A stretch of DNA of 64,000 nt from Tubulanus polymorphus (lineage: Eukaryota; Animalia; Nemertea). The notes under the pieces were generated by a model. That model had not been told where the DNA came from. It saw only the letters and a program-made list of their open reading frames with translations, and made no database searches. The stretch covers positions 266,031 to 330,030 of the forward strand of contig NC_134033.1 in the NCBI RefSeq assembly GCF_964204645.1. Direction: 5' to 3'. Positions within the stretch are counted from its first letter, which is position 1; every line of letters begins with the position of its first letter. This document shows positions 14,268 to 27,105 of the stretch, piece after piece. The position numbers and the translations under genes are program-made.

Positions 14268-17200
14268 TCACTTTTTTTCGTTTTTGCTTCGGTCGATTGT
14301 TGAAGACAGTTGCCGCGGCGACGCCGACGAGGTATCGTTAGAATCTGAAGAAACGAACGGTAGAAATCGCTTGACGAAACACCAGACGATTCCTCCGAGC
14401 ATCCAACTCATGAGGATAAACACGAGGAATGGACGAGGTAAACTCGAGCCCGGTAACGATCTCTGAAACTCAACAATCGGTAACGTATCCACGGTTACAG
14501 CACGCGGAGGTGGAGCCGGTTCATCCTGGTAGATCTCTTCATTAACACCGTCTGAATTCAGAACCTGAAAACGATTCATTACTAGACTAACACTATTTGA
14601 AGGATGGATGAGGAAACTAACACTATTTGAAGGACGGATGGTGGCAGAAAGTAACACTATTTGAAGGACGGATCGATGCTGAAAGTAACACTATTTGAAG
14701 GACACACAGATACTGACCTCACGAGCAGCGCGTTCACCGGACTGGATCGCTCCTTCCATTGTACACATCCATTCCGTAGCTGTTTCACTGCCGGCAAAAT
14801 ACATCGCACCGTGAGGCTTTCGCAAAAAACTGTCAAATAAATAATACTCTTCAGAACCCTTCTATAGAGAATATAGGGAACGCCCCCTAGTGGAGCTATT
14901 AGATACTACATACCTGCCATATTTGGTCAAAAAGCCCGGAGGTAACACTGTATTGTATCCACCCGGACTGTATTTCTCTTTCGCCCAATTCACCTCCATA
15001 AAACCAATCGGCTAGAAATCAAATAATAATATATGAGTAGATTTTAGTTGAAGGTGGGAAATATTGTGAACCTAACACCCAGTTCCACAGTTCTAGTAAT
15101 CCACAGTTCTAGTGACCCAGTTCCACAGTTCTAGTAATCCACAGTTCTAGTGACCCAGTTCCACAGTTCTAGTAATCCACAGTTCTACTGATCCAGTTCT
15201 ACAGTTTTACGGTTCCACAGTTGTGGGTTTCAGTTGTGTGAAACTTGGTATTGAAGTAAGTTTTATAAGTACCTGATTCATGTGTTCACATTGAAATGCG
15301 TTTGAGTACTGTTCGGCTAATGCTGATCTCCTGTAACTCACAAAAACAACAATTAAACAGCATTTAAACCTTTACCATAATACGACAAACAGCTGGAATA
15401 TGAGTTAACCTTGAACTCAGCACTGAAATGTAGCCTAGTTTAATCCATCAGTAACTCTAATCCTAGCCTTGAACTCAGTACCCAAATCTAGCCCAGTTTA
15501 ATCCATCAGTAACTCTAATCCTAGCCTTGAACTCAGTACCCAAATCTAGCCCAGTTTAATATATTAGTTTCAGTAGAGAAAGAAACAGTAATAATTTGTA
15601 TCAGAAAACTGTGTTCTTTTATTTCTAGATTAGATTAGATCGTTTTTATTCCCCTGACTTCGATAGTTTAAGGAGCTTCATACAATATACATTTATATAA
15701 TATTAAAACTTGCAAAAAGAAATGGATAGAAATAATGAATTTATCTATACTGTAAGGTGCTGCCCCTACATAACTAGCGGCAAAAGTGTAAACTAACTCG
15801 ACAGTCATTCAAAAGATTATGTGAATGATTAAGTGTTGTTCTTCTATACTATCATTGATAGTGCTGCCTCCTGTGGTGAATAGAGGTGGAATAGGGTGGA
15901 ATAGAGTGGAATAAGGGTGGAATAGAGTGGAATACCTCTCATCAGGAGTTAGTTCACTGTAGTGTCTGGCATCATCTCCTACAATGAATCCAGAAATAGA
16001 CGGAGTCGTCCTAGTTGTGTCAAATGATGAAACTGCTGGACCTTTATCATCAATCAGTTTACCACTGAATCCTGCAAAACAAGAATCCATCTAATCAGGA
16101 TCCCTACAGATCAGTTAACCACTGAATCCTGCAAAACAAGAATCCATCTAATCAGGATCCTTACAGATCAGTTAACCACTGAATCCTGCAAAACAAGAAT
16201 CCATCTAATCAGGATCCTTACAGATCAGTTAACCACTGAATCCTGCAAAACAAGAATCCATCTAATCAGGATCCCTACAGATCAGTTAACCACTGAATCC
16301 TGCAAAACAAGAATCCATCTAATCAGGATCCCTACAGATCAGTTAACCACTGAATCCTGCAAAACAAGAATCCATCTAATCAGGATCCCTACAGATCAGT
16401 TAACCACTGAATCCTGCAAAACAAGAATCCATCTAATCAGGATCCCTACAGATCAGTTAACCACTGAATCCTGCAAAACAAGAATCCATCTAATCAGGAT
16501 CCCTACAGATCAGTTAACCACTGAATCCTGCAAAACAAGAATCCATCTAATCAGGATCCCTACAGATCAGTCATATTCCAGAATTCAAGGAGTTTTCAAG
16601 AACATTTCAAATTTCAAGGAATAACTTAAAGTAGGCGTAAAACCTAAAACGTTTCTAATTCTCAAAATTCAAGGAGTTTCGGGAATTTTGCTCAAATTCA
16701 AGGATATTCAAGGTAATTGAAAAACATTTATGGTTTAGTTTTCAAGGAATCAAGGAATCGTAGGGATCCTGAATTGTATGAGTAATTAAATTCTCGAGTA
16801 AGACCCGTTAAAACTGACTCCTGCGTTTCATGAAAGTTTAACTAAAATTTTGGGTGTAATTGCTATTGGTTACTTCACATGTTCTCAACGAGGACAACAA
16901 TTCAATTAACAAAACTGATTTAAGCTAAAACTTTTTCATGAAACCCTGGAGTAATTAAGGGCGTGTTACGTACCTTTATCGAGCCAGAACGGTCTATCAT
17001 AAAACAGAACCGTTTTTATAGCCAGACCTCGAGGAATATTCGTTATAAATTGACATCTTTCGACCGGGAATTTCGGAATGTAATGAATATCTTTTTGATT
17101 CGTAATCGGTAGAGCATTGATCACATGACTACACTGAAAACATATACAGATTATACATTCACTTGTCTGAAACTCTCTCCTCCCCTCCCTCATCCCCCTC

Positions 17201-19800
17201 CCTCATCCCCCTCTCTCCTCCCCTCCCTCATCCCCCTCCCTCATCCCCCTCTCTCCTCCCCTCCCTCATCCCCCTCTCTCCTCCCCTCTCTCCTCCCCTC
17301 CCTCATCCCCCTCTCTCCTCCCCTCTCTCCTCCCCTCCCTCATCCCCCTCTCTCCTCCCCTCTCTCCTCCCCTCCCTCATCCCCCTCTCTCCTCCCCTCC
17401 CTCATCCCCCTCTCTCCTCCCCTCTCTCCTCCCCTCCCTCATCCCCCTCTCTCCATTTCCCTTATGCTTGTTAAAATCCAATCAAGAGAAGTTTCACTAA
17501 ACGACCTTGACATTCATTCTACTCACCGTGAAAATCTCTCCGTCTGCTGCGGTAACCTTGATCTTATCACCGGATTGATCGACAGACGCGACCGGTTTCG
17601 AGCAGATGACCGATCCATCCAGATATTCCGCCATTTTCTCGCACAGATTTTGACTTCCGCCGACAATTTGTTTTTCCTGAAATGTAAAAATACAAAATCT
17701 AAAACGAAAGTAGTTTAAGGTCAACAGGGAACCCGCAACACCGGCTATTCCACCAGATGGCGTGATAATCAACTTTAATGTGGTATTTTTAGGCTCCCGA
17801 ATCCATAAATTTTCACAAGAAGCATAAAAAACTCATCAAATTCATTTCTCTACTCAGCGATTAGTTTCTAGTTTTCAGTGTAATTATTCAAATCGATCTA
17901 AAATTGGACACAAGACCGAGTAACTACTAGCGACACCTGGTGGATCCTTGCCTGCCACAGTAGTATTGGTGGCTCCCCATTGAGGGAAATTCAAACGATG
18001 ATTGTATAAGAAATTGAGTGAATTTACCGGGTGACCGCTGGAAGGAGTAATCAATGGACTGATAGCGTGCTGCGTGTGAACACACAACAGGAAAAACAGT
18101 TGAGACATCTCATACGGTTCAACTCCGTAATACATCTTTATTATCATTCGTAGAATCGTCTTCGAAAACCTGATAAAAAATTGGAAAAACGGAGAATATA
18201 AAAATAGACGATGAAAAATTCAGGAGATTCCGAGTTTTCACAATTTCACTTACTCAGAATAGCACAAAGAATTCATCAAATCTTCACAATTTTGACGGTC
18301 CCACTTTTTAGCGTCCGGGGCCGACCACGGCGCTTTCAATGGCACCTACACATGAATTATGTAAACAACAAATTTAGTTCAAGTTGTCGAAAGTTTCTTG
18401 TGAAGCCATGTTACAAATAGTTATTTGATAGTTACGCCTGCGGTATTTGATAGTTACGCCTGCGGTATTTGATAGTTACCTGTTGAGCCATGTTACAAAT
18501 AGTTATTTGATAGTTACGCCTGCGGTATTTGATAGTTACGCCTGCAGTATTTGATAGTTACGCCTGCGGTATTTGATAGTTACCTGTTGAGCCATGTTGT
18601 CAATAGTTATTTGATAGTTACGCCTGCGGTATTTGATAGTTACGCCTGCGGTATTTGATAGTTACCTGTTGAGCCATGTTACAAATAGTTATTTGATAGT
18701 TACGCCTGCGGTATTTGATAGTTACCTGTTGAGCCATGTTGTCAATAGTTATTTGATAGTTACGCCTGCGGTATTTGATAGTTACGCCTGCAGTATTTGA
18801 TAGTTACCTGTTGAGCCATGTTGTCAATAGTTATTTGATAGTTACGCCTGCGGTATTTGATAGTTACCTGTTGAGCCATGTTGTCAATAGTTATTTGATA
18901 GTTACGCCTGCGGTATTTGATAGTTACCTGTTGAGCCATGTTGTCAATAGTTTTAAACGTATTGTTTAAATCGAGTTGATCGAATAAACTTTCAGCGGGT
19001 AAAATATTATTCTCCACCAAATTCCTTTTACCCTGAAAAATATATCATCACAAATATCTCAATCACTCAACAGTAGCATATACAGTGATGTCATAGGCAG
19101 AATACTCACCGGTATTTTGAGAGTTATGCGATGATGTCATAGGGGGAATACTCACCAGTATTTTGAGAATATCGATAGATTCATTCATATCAATGAGACT
19201 GATATCGAATTCTCGACACAGTCGTGACACACGGTTAAAAGGTGGCGCCACAAATTCCCCTCCGAGATCCACACCTCCAAACTCACTCTATAAAACACAG
19301 AAAAATACACAGCTTAGTTTTAACCTAGACGCGAGCCCGGTAAACCTAAACCCGGTCCGGTAAATCCAGACCAGTTCCAGTAAACCTGGTCCTTGGAACG
19401 TCAAATCGTGAGTGCCCCCTAGTGGTTTGATTTAGAACTGACCTGTGCTGTATAAGTTCGGCCCCCAATTCGATCTCTTGCCTCTAGAACTACGACTGAT
19501 TTACCGCGATCCCGTAACAGTTTACCAGCGCTTAGACCTGTAAAAACAATTCACAACTATATCCAATCAGAGAGAGGAACCGATAGGGGGAGGGAGGAGC
19601 CGATATGGGGAGGGAGGAGCCGATAGGGGGAGGGAGGAGCCGATAGGGGGAGGGAGGAGCCGATAGGGGGAGGGGGGTTATTAAATCTTACCGCTCAAAC
19701 CGGCTCCTATAATCACTACATCAACATCGTTTTTGTATCCGTCTGACGCCTGGTCGCCATTAGCAACATAATCATCTAAAGTCACTGTATCAATCTCCAT
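14268..19800 (-). CDS. Flavin-containing amine oxidase (monoamine oxidase-like), 561 aa, 13 coding exons (19692-19800, 19443-19537, 19156-19287, 18928-19032, 18254-18345, 18028-18169, 17527-17676, 16974-17133, 15936-16071, 15273-15330, 14914-15011, 14718-14829, 14268-14564)
   Basis: [14 protein letters not shown] (FAD Rossmann), [28 protein letters not shown]...[38 protein letters not shown] and a C-terminal TM helix. Every junction is GT/AG and phase-compatible. Confidence 0.93.
16054..16571. repeat. 57-bp minisatellite x9 spanning an MAO-like gene splice acceptor
   Basis: On the minus strand each unit contains TTTTGCAG|GATTCAGTGG. Confidence 0.95.
17172..17455. repeat. Polypyrimidine/polypurine low-complexity tract (intronic)
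   Basis: CTCCCCTCCCTCATCCCCCT variants. Confidence 0.9.
18404..18952. repeat. Compound 60/22-bp minisatellite spanning an MAO-like gene splice donor
   Basis: On the minus strand ATGGCTCAACAG|GTAACT is repeated about 7 times. Confidence 0.9.
19575..19677. repeat. G-rich 20-bp tandem repeat x5
   Basis: GAGCCGATAGGGGGAGGGAG. Confidence 0.9.
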
Positions 19801-20459
19801 GGTTACCGTAGATACAAAACCTAATAAAAGAACGTTAAACAAGATTAGTTTTGTTTTTAAAATGAGATCTATTTCAAAAAATTTCAAATGTTCTAAATCA
19901 ACTGCGAATAATTACCCGATGCTGCCCCCTGTGAGTGATCAGTTTAAAACTGTCTAATTATTCGAATCAATCTAAAATTTGTTTCGAATGCAGATTTTGT
20001 CGCTTGCTCAGTCTAAAATCCAGGCACTACCGAGTACGACACAACTAGGACAGGGACAGAGCAATTTCTCTAAAATGTCCTCACATTCAGTGAGAATTTT
20101 ATGTAGGGAATTTAGGTCAATAATCAACTACCGGTTTTTCATTGTAAACACGATGAATAGCGGGCGCGGGACCTGCTGCACTCGTCTCACCAGCTAGTGC
20201 CCAGCCCCAGGGCAGGCCCCCGAGAGAGAGGAGCAGGTTGATTATTCCTGTGTATGTCAGCGCGCGTCTATTCACTTAAAACCTCCTCTACTGATTGTTT
20301 CATCAATCGATACATAATACCAGCACGCATAGAAATTAAATACACGCGTTAAAAACGTTAAACTTACCCGAAAAAATAGATACTGCCCGACAATAAAATC
20401 GTATATTGAATTGAATTGGTGCTGGTGCGGGGAATCCCAAGATATTCAGTTCCGGTTTA

Positions 20460-20675
20460 TGCAGGGACTCGATCCCCGAGCTCTGAGCTCACGGCGCGCC
20501 AGGATCTGGCGCTGCTAATTAACCCTAACCCTAGGGTTAACGTCTGGTCAGGACTCGAACCTGCCAACTCCGGATCACCAGGATCTGGCGCTGCTAATTA
20601 ACCCTAGGGTTAACGTTTGGTCGGGACTCGAACCCACCGACTCCAGCTCGCCACGAGGTCCGACTATCCATGGCC
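20460..20675 (-). mobile_element. Tandem tRNA-3'-half (B-box) units, SINE-like
   Basis: Three GGWTCGAGTCC motifs on the minus strand, separated by TTAACCCTAGGGTTA..TTAGCAGCGCCAGATCCTGG. Confidence 0.5.
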
Positions 20676-21918
20676 AATTTCTGGACTAAGAAAAACGTCG
20701 GTGGTTTTCCTAGTACAGTAATTAGGAGACTGACACAGTGTAGTGCACCCATCCTCGCTTGCCAGGGTTGATTGACCACACACACGCCGCAACGGCTTTA
20801 CACCCCTTTGCATGAGCTTCGCGACCGCCTGCAAACCCTGGCATGCGAGCAAAGGAGCATGCAGTACGGGTCTGATTTTCCTTCTCTTTCAAAGAAATTT
20901 ATATTCAAAAGTCGAGGTTAATTAATCGGGAACTCGTACGTGTAGTCTTGCCACACCCCCCCCCCCCCAAAAAAAAAAAAATTAAAAAAATTCTGTTAAA
21001 GAACAGTCGTTATGTGGTTACTCTACTAAACTACTTAGAAAAAAACCCGATATATTTCAGCGTTTTAAAATCAATTCTTGAAGATGTTTATTTAATTTTT
21101 CCATTCTCAAATCGTAGTTTTCGGAAAAAGGCTGGAAATTATTTACTTTTATCCAAAATCAGACCTTTTTATGAGTGAGATGATTTTTCTCGGTCCTAAA
21201 AACATCCGATTTTTTACGCGAGGCGTAGGGCGATGTGATGGGTTTAACGGATGGAATATAATTGAGTCTCTCTATTCACAGATGATAAAACCCGCAGTAT
21301 AATTTAGATCAGATGCAAACATATAAATGCAGAAAATAAAGCGATGATTATTAGTCACGAGGATCTATTAAATTCATTTACATTCACGGATGTCTTTTCA
21401 ACATTAATTGCCATTGAATATATATTTTTATACAATAGATAATCGTTTTGAATTACATCCGGGTGTTTGAATCTTACTATATACACTATATACACTACAT
21501 CACATCACCCACGCCCCCCTTAGGCCTATCTCATATTAGTTCAATAAATATCCCTACCACAAAATTAGGCAAAAACATGCACCTACGGGCTAGAATGTAG
21601 GAGAGTGGACACCACTCTCGAACATTCTTGTCTCTATAGGCTATAGGCATCCGGGTGTCATTAGTCACACATTCACGATTGATAGAACACAATATCCGCG
21701 TTGATGCGATGTAGAAAGAATCCCACAATGATAATGAAAAAGTCCGAAAATGCTAGTTTGTCTCATTACTTCTGATTTCAATTTGCAATTTATATTTATA
21801 TTCACTATTGTATCATATAAATACTCTCTGGTTTGCTTCCTTTTAATCTATTTTAGCGTGTAACTGTTTCTACATTAATTTTCCTTTAGTTTGTATCGTC
21901 TCTGATTACTTGAATTAG

Positions 21919-21957
<39 letters not shown>

Positions 21958-21977
21958 TAATTTCTGTTGTATTTCGG

Positions 21978-23430
21978 TATTCCTGAAGATGTCTATTAGG
22001 ATATAGTGGAAACGTTGAATAAACTACACTAGCTCAAGGAATACAGTATTCCTGAAGATGACTATTAGAATATAGTCGAAACGTTGAATAAACTACAGTA
22101 TTCCTGTAGATGACTATTAGAATATAGTCGAATCGTTGAATAGACTACACTAGCTCAAGGAATACAGTATTCCTGAAGATGACTATTAGGATATAGTCGA
22201 AACGTTGAATAAACTACACTAGCTCAAGGAATACAGTATTCCTGAAGATGACTATTAGGATATAGTCGAAACGTTGAATAAACTACACTAGCTCAAGGAA
22301 TACAGTATTCCTGAAGATGACTATTAGGATATAGTCGAAACGTTGAATAAACTACACTAGCTCAAGGAATACAGTATTCCTGAAGATGACTATTAGGATA
22401 TAGTGGAAACGTTGAATAAACTACACTAGCTCAAGGAATACAGTATTCCTGAAGATGACTATTAGGATATAGTCGAAACGTTGAATAAACTGCACTAGCT
22501 CAAGGAAACATTTCAGACTCTTTTTATTCTTAGTGTGCAGGGATTTTATATTATCTTTACAACACGGACTCAGAGTGTTTCATCAATGGTTATAATGAGG
22601 ACAACATCAGTATTCCTGAAGATGACTATTAGGATAAAGTCGAAACGTTGAATAAACTACACTAGCTCAAGGAATACAGCATTCCTGAAGATGACTATTA
22701 GGATAAAGTCGAAACGTTGAATAAACTACACTAGCTCAAGGAATACAGTATTCCTGAAGATCACTATCGGATATAGTCTAAACGTTGAATAAACTACACT
22801 AGCTCAAGGAATACAGTATTCCTGAAGATCACTATCGGATATAGTCTAAACGTTGAATAAACTACACTAGCTCAAGGAATACAGTATTCCTGAAGATGAC
22901 TATTAGGATAAAGTCGAAACGTTGAATAAATTACACTAGCTCAAGGAATACAGTATTCCTGAAGATGACTATTAGGATATAGTCTAAACGTTGAATAAAC
23001 TACACTAGCTCAAGGAATACAGTATTCCTGAAGATGACTATTAGGATAAAGTCGAAACGTTGAATAAACTACACTAGCTCAAGGAATACAGTATTCCTGA
23101 AGATGACTATTAGGATATAGTCTAAACGTTGAATAGACTACACTAGCTCAAGGAATACAGTATTCCTGAAGATGACTATTAGGATAAAGTCGAAACGTTG
23201 AATAAACTACACTAGCTCAAGGAATACAGTATTCCTGAAGATGACTATTAGGATAAAGTCGAAACGTTGAATAAACTACACTAGCTCGAGGAATACAGTA
23301 TTCCTGAAGATGACTATTAGGATAAAGTCGAAACGTTGAATAAACTACACTAGCTCAAGGAATACAGTATTCCTGAAGATGACTATTAGGATATAGTCTA
23401 AACGTTGAATAAACTACACTAGCTCAAGGG
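21978..23430 (+). ncRNA. Tandem array of 20 minimal type I hammerhead ribozyme motifs (69-bp unit; blocks of 8 and 12 separated by ~100 bp at 22508-22607)
   Basis: Unit: TATTC (stem I), CTGAAGA (core), T, GACTAT taggat ATAGTC (stem II), GAAA CGTT (core plus palindromic stem III), GAATA (stem I'), then AACTACACTAGCTCAAGGAATACAG. Confidence 0.82.
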
Positions 23431-23719
23431 AACATTTCGGATTCTATTTTTCATTTCTATAATTGTCAGATTTTCACACGATTTTTAGGTATTTGAGGGA
23501 CATTTAGGGTATATAAGCTAAATCTTGCGCTGCGGATTGCTGTCTTATTGGGGGCTTTATTTTCAAAAGGTTTCGGGAAAATTTCGACGTGAACACGTGT
23601 GCTCCTTGTGTTCCTGTCTCGATCCGCCCTGCAGTTAAATAGTTTTTCAAATCCAAAATCCCATTTGATTCCTCCTATAGAATTTATATCAGCATGATTT
23701 GGGAGTATTCATTTTACAG

Positions 23720-24260
23720 CTGCAATATCAGACGACAGCATAAAGCAGATATAAAACTCGCACATAAAGCGGAAGTTCTCTCCTTCTGTGAGGTGAATAC
23801 ATTTTTCTAACTGCATTTTAGTTTGGACCGCTGTGCTCCACGGGTACAGGGTATCTCGCGGAGGGGCTGTTTCAATACACTCATGGATCTCCAGCGGAGG
23901 GGCTGCTTCTGACTCATGTTTAGCCCTAGTTCAAGACTCTATATTTTATGTAACTTTAGGGCAGGTGACCAGTGATCAGTCAGGTGAGTGACCAGTGACC
24001 AGTCAGATATGGTGACTCTTCACTGACTACCCGCTATTATTCTCTGATAACAACAGTTTCTAATCAGACCTGATCTAAATTGCCGCCGCCAGTAATAAAT
24101 TAATCATTGTTATCAAAAATTGTCAGCTGAATTTGTTCTATTTTGTCAACATTGTTGTGCCGCGTCTTACCTACAGCGCCTCCTAGTGGAGGAGGAGAAT
24201 ATCCATCCTATAACCTATAAACATCCGCCATCTTACGAGGAAGCAATGAGTAGCACGTGA
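23720..24260 (+). CDS. Two putative 3'-terminal exons (23720-23792, 24177-24260) of a small protein ending in a PPxY motif; 5' part not found
   Basis: AG/GT-bounded and phase-compatible: CNIRRQHKADIKLAHKAEVLSFCE + RLLVEEENIHPITYKHPPSYEEAMSST*. Confidence 0.4.
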
Positions 24261-25649
24261 ACTCTTCACAGACACCAAAACCTGAAAGAAGTGAATTAAA
24301 TTTCATTTTGATAAGTCGTTACGTTTACATCGAAGAATTCATCTCTATTTCTGAGTCTCAGTTTGTTTCAGGCCTATTTCTAATTCAGCTACGTAATTTG
24401 AAATGGTCGTTTGGTTGAGTTTATCGTCACAACTATCACTAATTCAACAGTGAATTTTAAAACTTTGAAATCTAATTTTATCGACAACGAGAAGGTTGTG
24501 AAATTAGAGGAACTGACCTCGCGAAATTACAACACACAGAGACCTACCTAGAATCGCCGTGAGCGAAATAAAACCGCACGAAATGACTTCAAAATGATGA
24601 CTTAAAAAGCTCTATAGAATAATTGTTATAAATTGTTGAATCTAATTCTGTTTTATGTAATGAATTTCTATGTTTGCAATAAAACACTGATGTTCAATGG
24701 TACAAAAACAACCGCTTCTATTACGAGATTAATTTGAGAGGAGACCTCAAAATAACAAGGTGCGAATGATTTAAATATAATAATTATTCAATGATTTGAA
24801 TCTACAATTAAAAAACCGCGTCTTCTAAAAATATACGCGAGAAATATCGACATCAAAAACAGCGCGACCAAAATCAGTAAATTAATTCAACCAAATAAAC
24901 CAGAAACCCAGGTACCACAGGAATAGGACCCGACCGGGTGGGGTGGGTGCTGTCTGAACCTGAAACCAGTTTTTCGTAAGTAAATGTCATTTGTATTTTA
25001 TAAGAAGTAGAGTTCAACAGTTCAACTCTTCATCTTAATCAAATCACACTTAACTCACAAACTGTCAAACATTTTCAATCCAGTTCAATTGTAAATAAAT
25101 GCAACTTTTACTGTTAAAAAGTTCCACTTGAAATTACAACTGTATTTTATATTAACAGCTGAAATTATGTTCTAATTCACAGATTTATCAACTAACTATT
25201 CTAACCTAACCTATATTCGGCCTACCTATTCGGGCTCGGGTTTAGGGGTTAGGGAGGGGGATACTGAAATAGAGACATGTTATACAGGTCGCACCGGAAT
25301 TCTTCAGTCACTCTGTCATCATAATTCAACTTCAGGTTCAATCTTCTGTGACTAGGGGGTCTTGTTCTTCACACTGAAATAGAACATACAGGCCGCACCT
25401 GAATCGGGCCACTCTGTTGTGTGCTGGGGGTGAAGACACGTACTCTGTGGCCTAGTCTTCTGGGGTCTTGTCTCAGCGATGACCCTGAAATTGTCATGTT
25501 TATTTCAGCTAAACGTTTTTACATTAAAGTCGTTTTCTTATAAAATAAAAGATTCAAAAAACGGAAATTCTGAAATAAAAGGAAAACACCTGAAAATATA
25601 GAAAAACCCTGGAAATAGAAGCATAAAATACAGGATCCTAAAATAAAGA

Positions 25650-27105
25650 TATTAGGCATCAAAATAAACAGACAGCTTCTCCGTCAGACCCAGAGACCCA
25701 AAGACCCACAGGACCCTGATGCGAATAGCACCCAAATTTCTTTACTTAAACTTACACATTACACATCTAAAAACTTACTAACTCACCGAGTAAGTTCCTA
25801 AACTAACTAAACCTATAAAACATAATTTCAGCTGTTAATGTTTTTCTAACTCACAGTTTATCCAATCCTGTGTGTGTAATGTATGAATCCAGGGATCCTC
25901 GGAATATAGTCATTTAGTATCCTCGTGTTTTTGATAATAGTTCACAGTTTATTATGAGCGCAGTTTGTTGTAATATCGCAATAATCCTGATTTAATTTGA
26001 ACTCCGATTGAATCGATTCCATTCCGAATTCCGTGACGCCTGAAAAATAAAACAAAGAAGAAATTCAAACAACCATTTAGTCGAAATACCGATAAATTCA
26101 TTTCCCGGGCAAAAACCCCTCACAACTTCGCGCCTCACTGCACTCGCTTTACGGGGGTGCCCCTAGTAATCGAAAAGGTACCCCACGTATGTTGCCCCCC
26201 TCCCCTAGAAATTAATCCTGCATCTACCCTTGTATCTGAATAGTCTATAAGTAACAAGTAGAAGTTCATATACCGTTTACATTGCTGGGTTTCACACGTG
26301 TGAAAATCAACTCACTTTTTCACGTAAATATGTTGAAATTTGCGATGCGGAAATCTCGACAAACTCACCTAACAATCGCGTTCATCTTATCCGTATCAGT
26401 TTTATCGTTTCTGAATTGTTTTTTTATCGTTTAATTTCGTGTTTTATGATGTAGTTTTAAGCGCGGTGGTGACGGATTCTAATGGAGCGGGTTTCTTGCT
26501 CGCTTTGCACTCGGCTCGAGCGCGGCTGGTCATCACGGCCGGCGATTGGCCGCATAATTGATGCGGGGCGCAATTTAGTAATTCTGATTGGTCAAGTGGC
26601 GCGCATAGCTAATGATGACCTGAACTGGACAGAACCGGTTTCGGTGACCCTGATGATGATACATGTACAACTGAATTCTATATTGCGCAATACAGCCAGG
26701 CTAACCTGTTATTTATCTATTTGGCCGACAGAGACATTAGTGAAACCGTTAGTGAAAATAAATATATTAGGCATCGAAATAAACAAACTGCTTTCTGTAT
26801 CTGCAAGACCAGAGACCCAGAGACTCCACAGGACCCTGACGCAAATAGCACCCAAATTCCTTTACTTAAACTTACACATTTTATCTAAGATTGTATTAAT
26901 ATTCATGCATTTCTATAACTTACTAACTCACCGAGTAAGTTCCTAAACTAACTAAACCTATAAAACATAATTTCAGCTGTTAATGTTTTTCTAACTTACA
27001 GTTTATCCAATCCTGTGTGTGTAATGTATGAATCCAATGATAATCCTTGAGTCAATTTGAATCCTTGTGTTTTTAACAACAGTTCAGTTTATTGAGCACA
27101 GTTTA
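25650..27105. repeat. Diverged ~320-bp direct duplication (25650-25968 and 26766-27103)
   Basis: Shared block ATTAGGCATC...CTAACTCACCGAGTAAGTTCCTAAACTAACTAAACC...GTATGAATCC. Confidence 0.85.
26460..26610. promoter_or_regulatory. CpG-rich promoter-like patch with CCAAT boxes
   Basis: Local GC/CpG rise, two ATTGG motifs and a GC-box-like GGGGCG. Confidence 0.35.

Noticed and set aside
21978-23430. CRISPR array interpretation of the 69-bp array (also 7686-8119 and 37165-38014)
   Set aside because: Units are head-to-tail with no unique spacers, there are no cas genes, and the DNA is eukaryotic.
26601-26688. C/D box snoRNA (ATGATGA...CTGA..TGATGA..CTGA with a weak terminal stem)
   Set aside because: No rRNA-complementary guide recognised and no host intron established; would need snoscan/Infernal.
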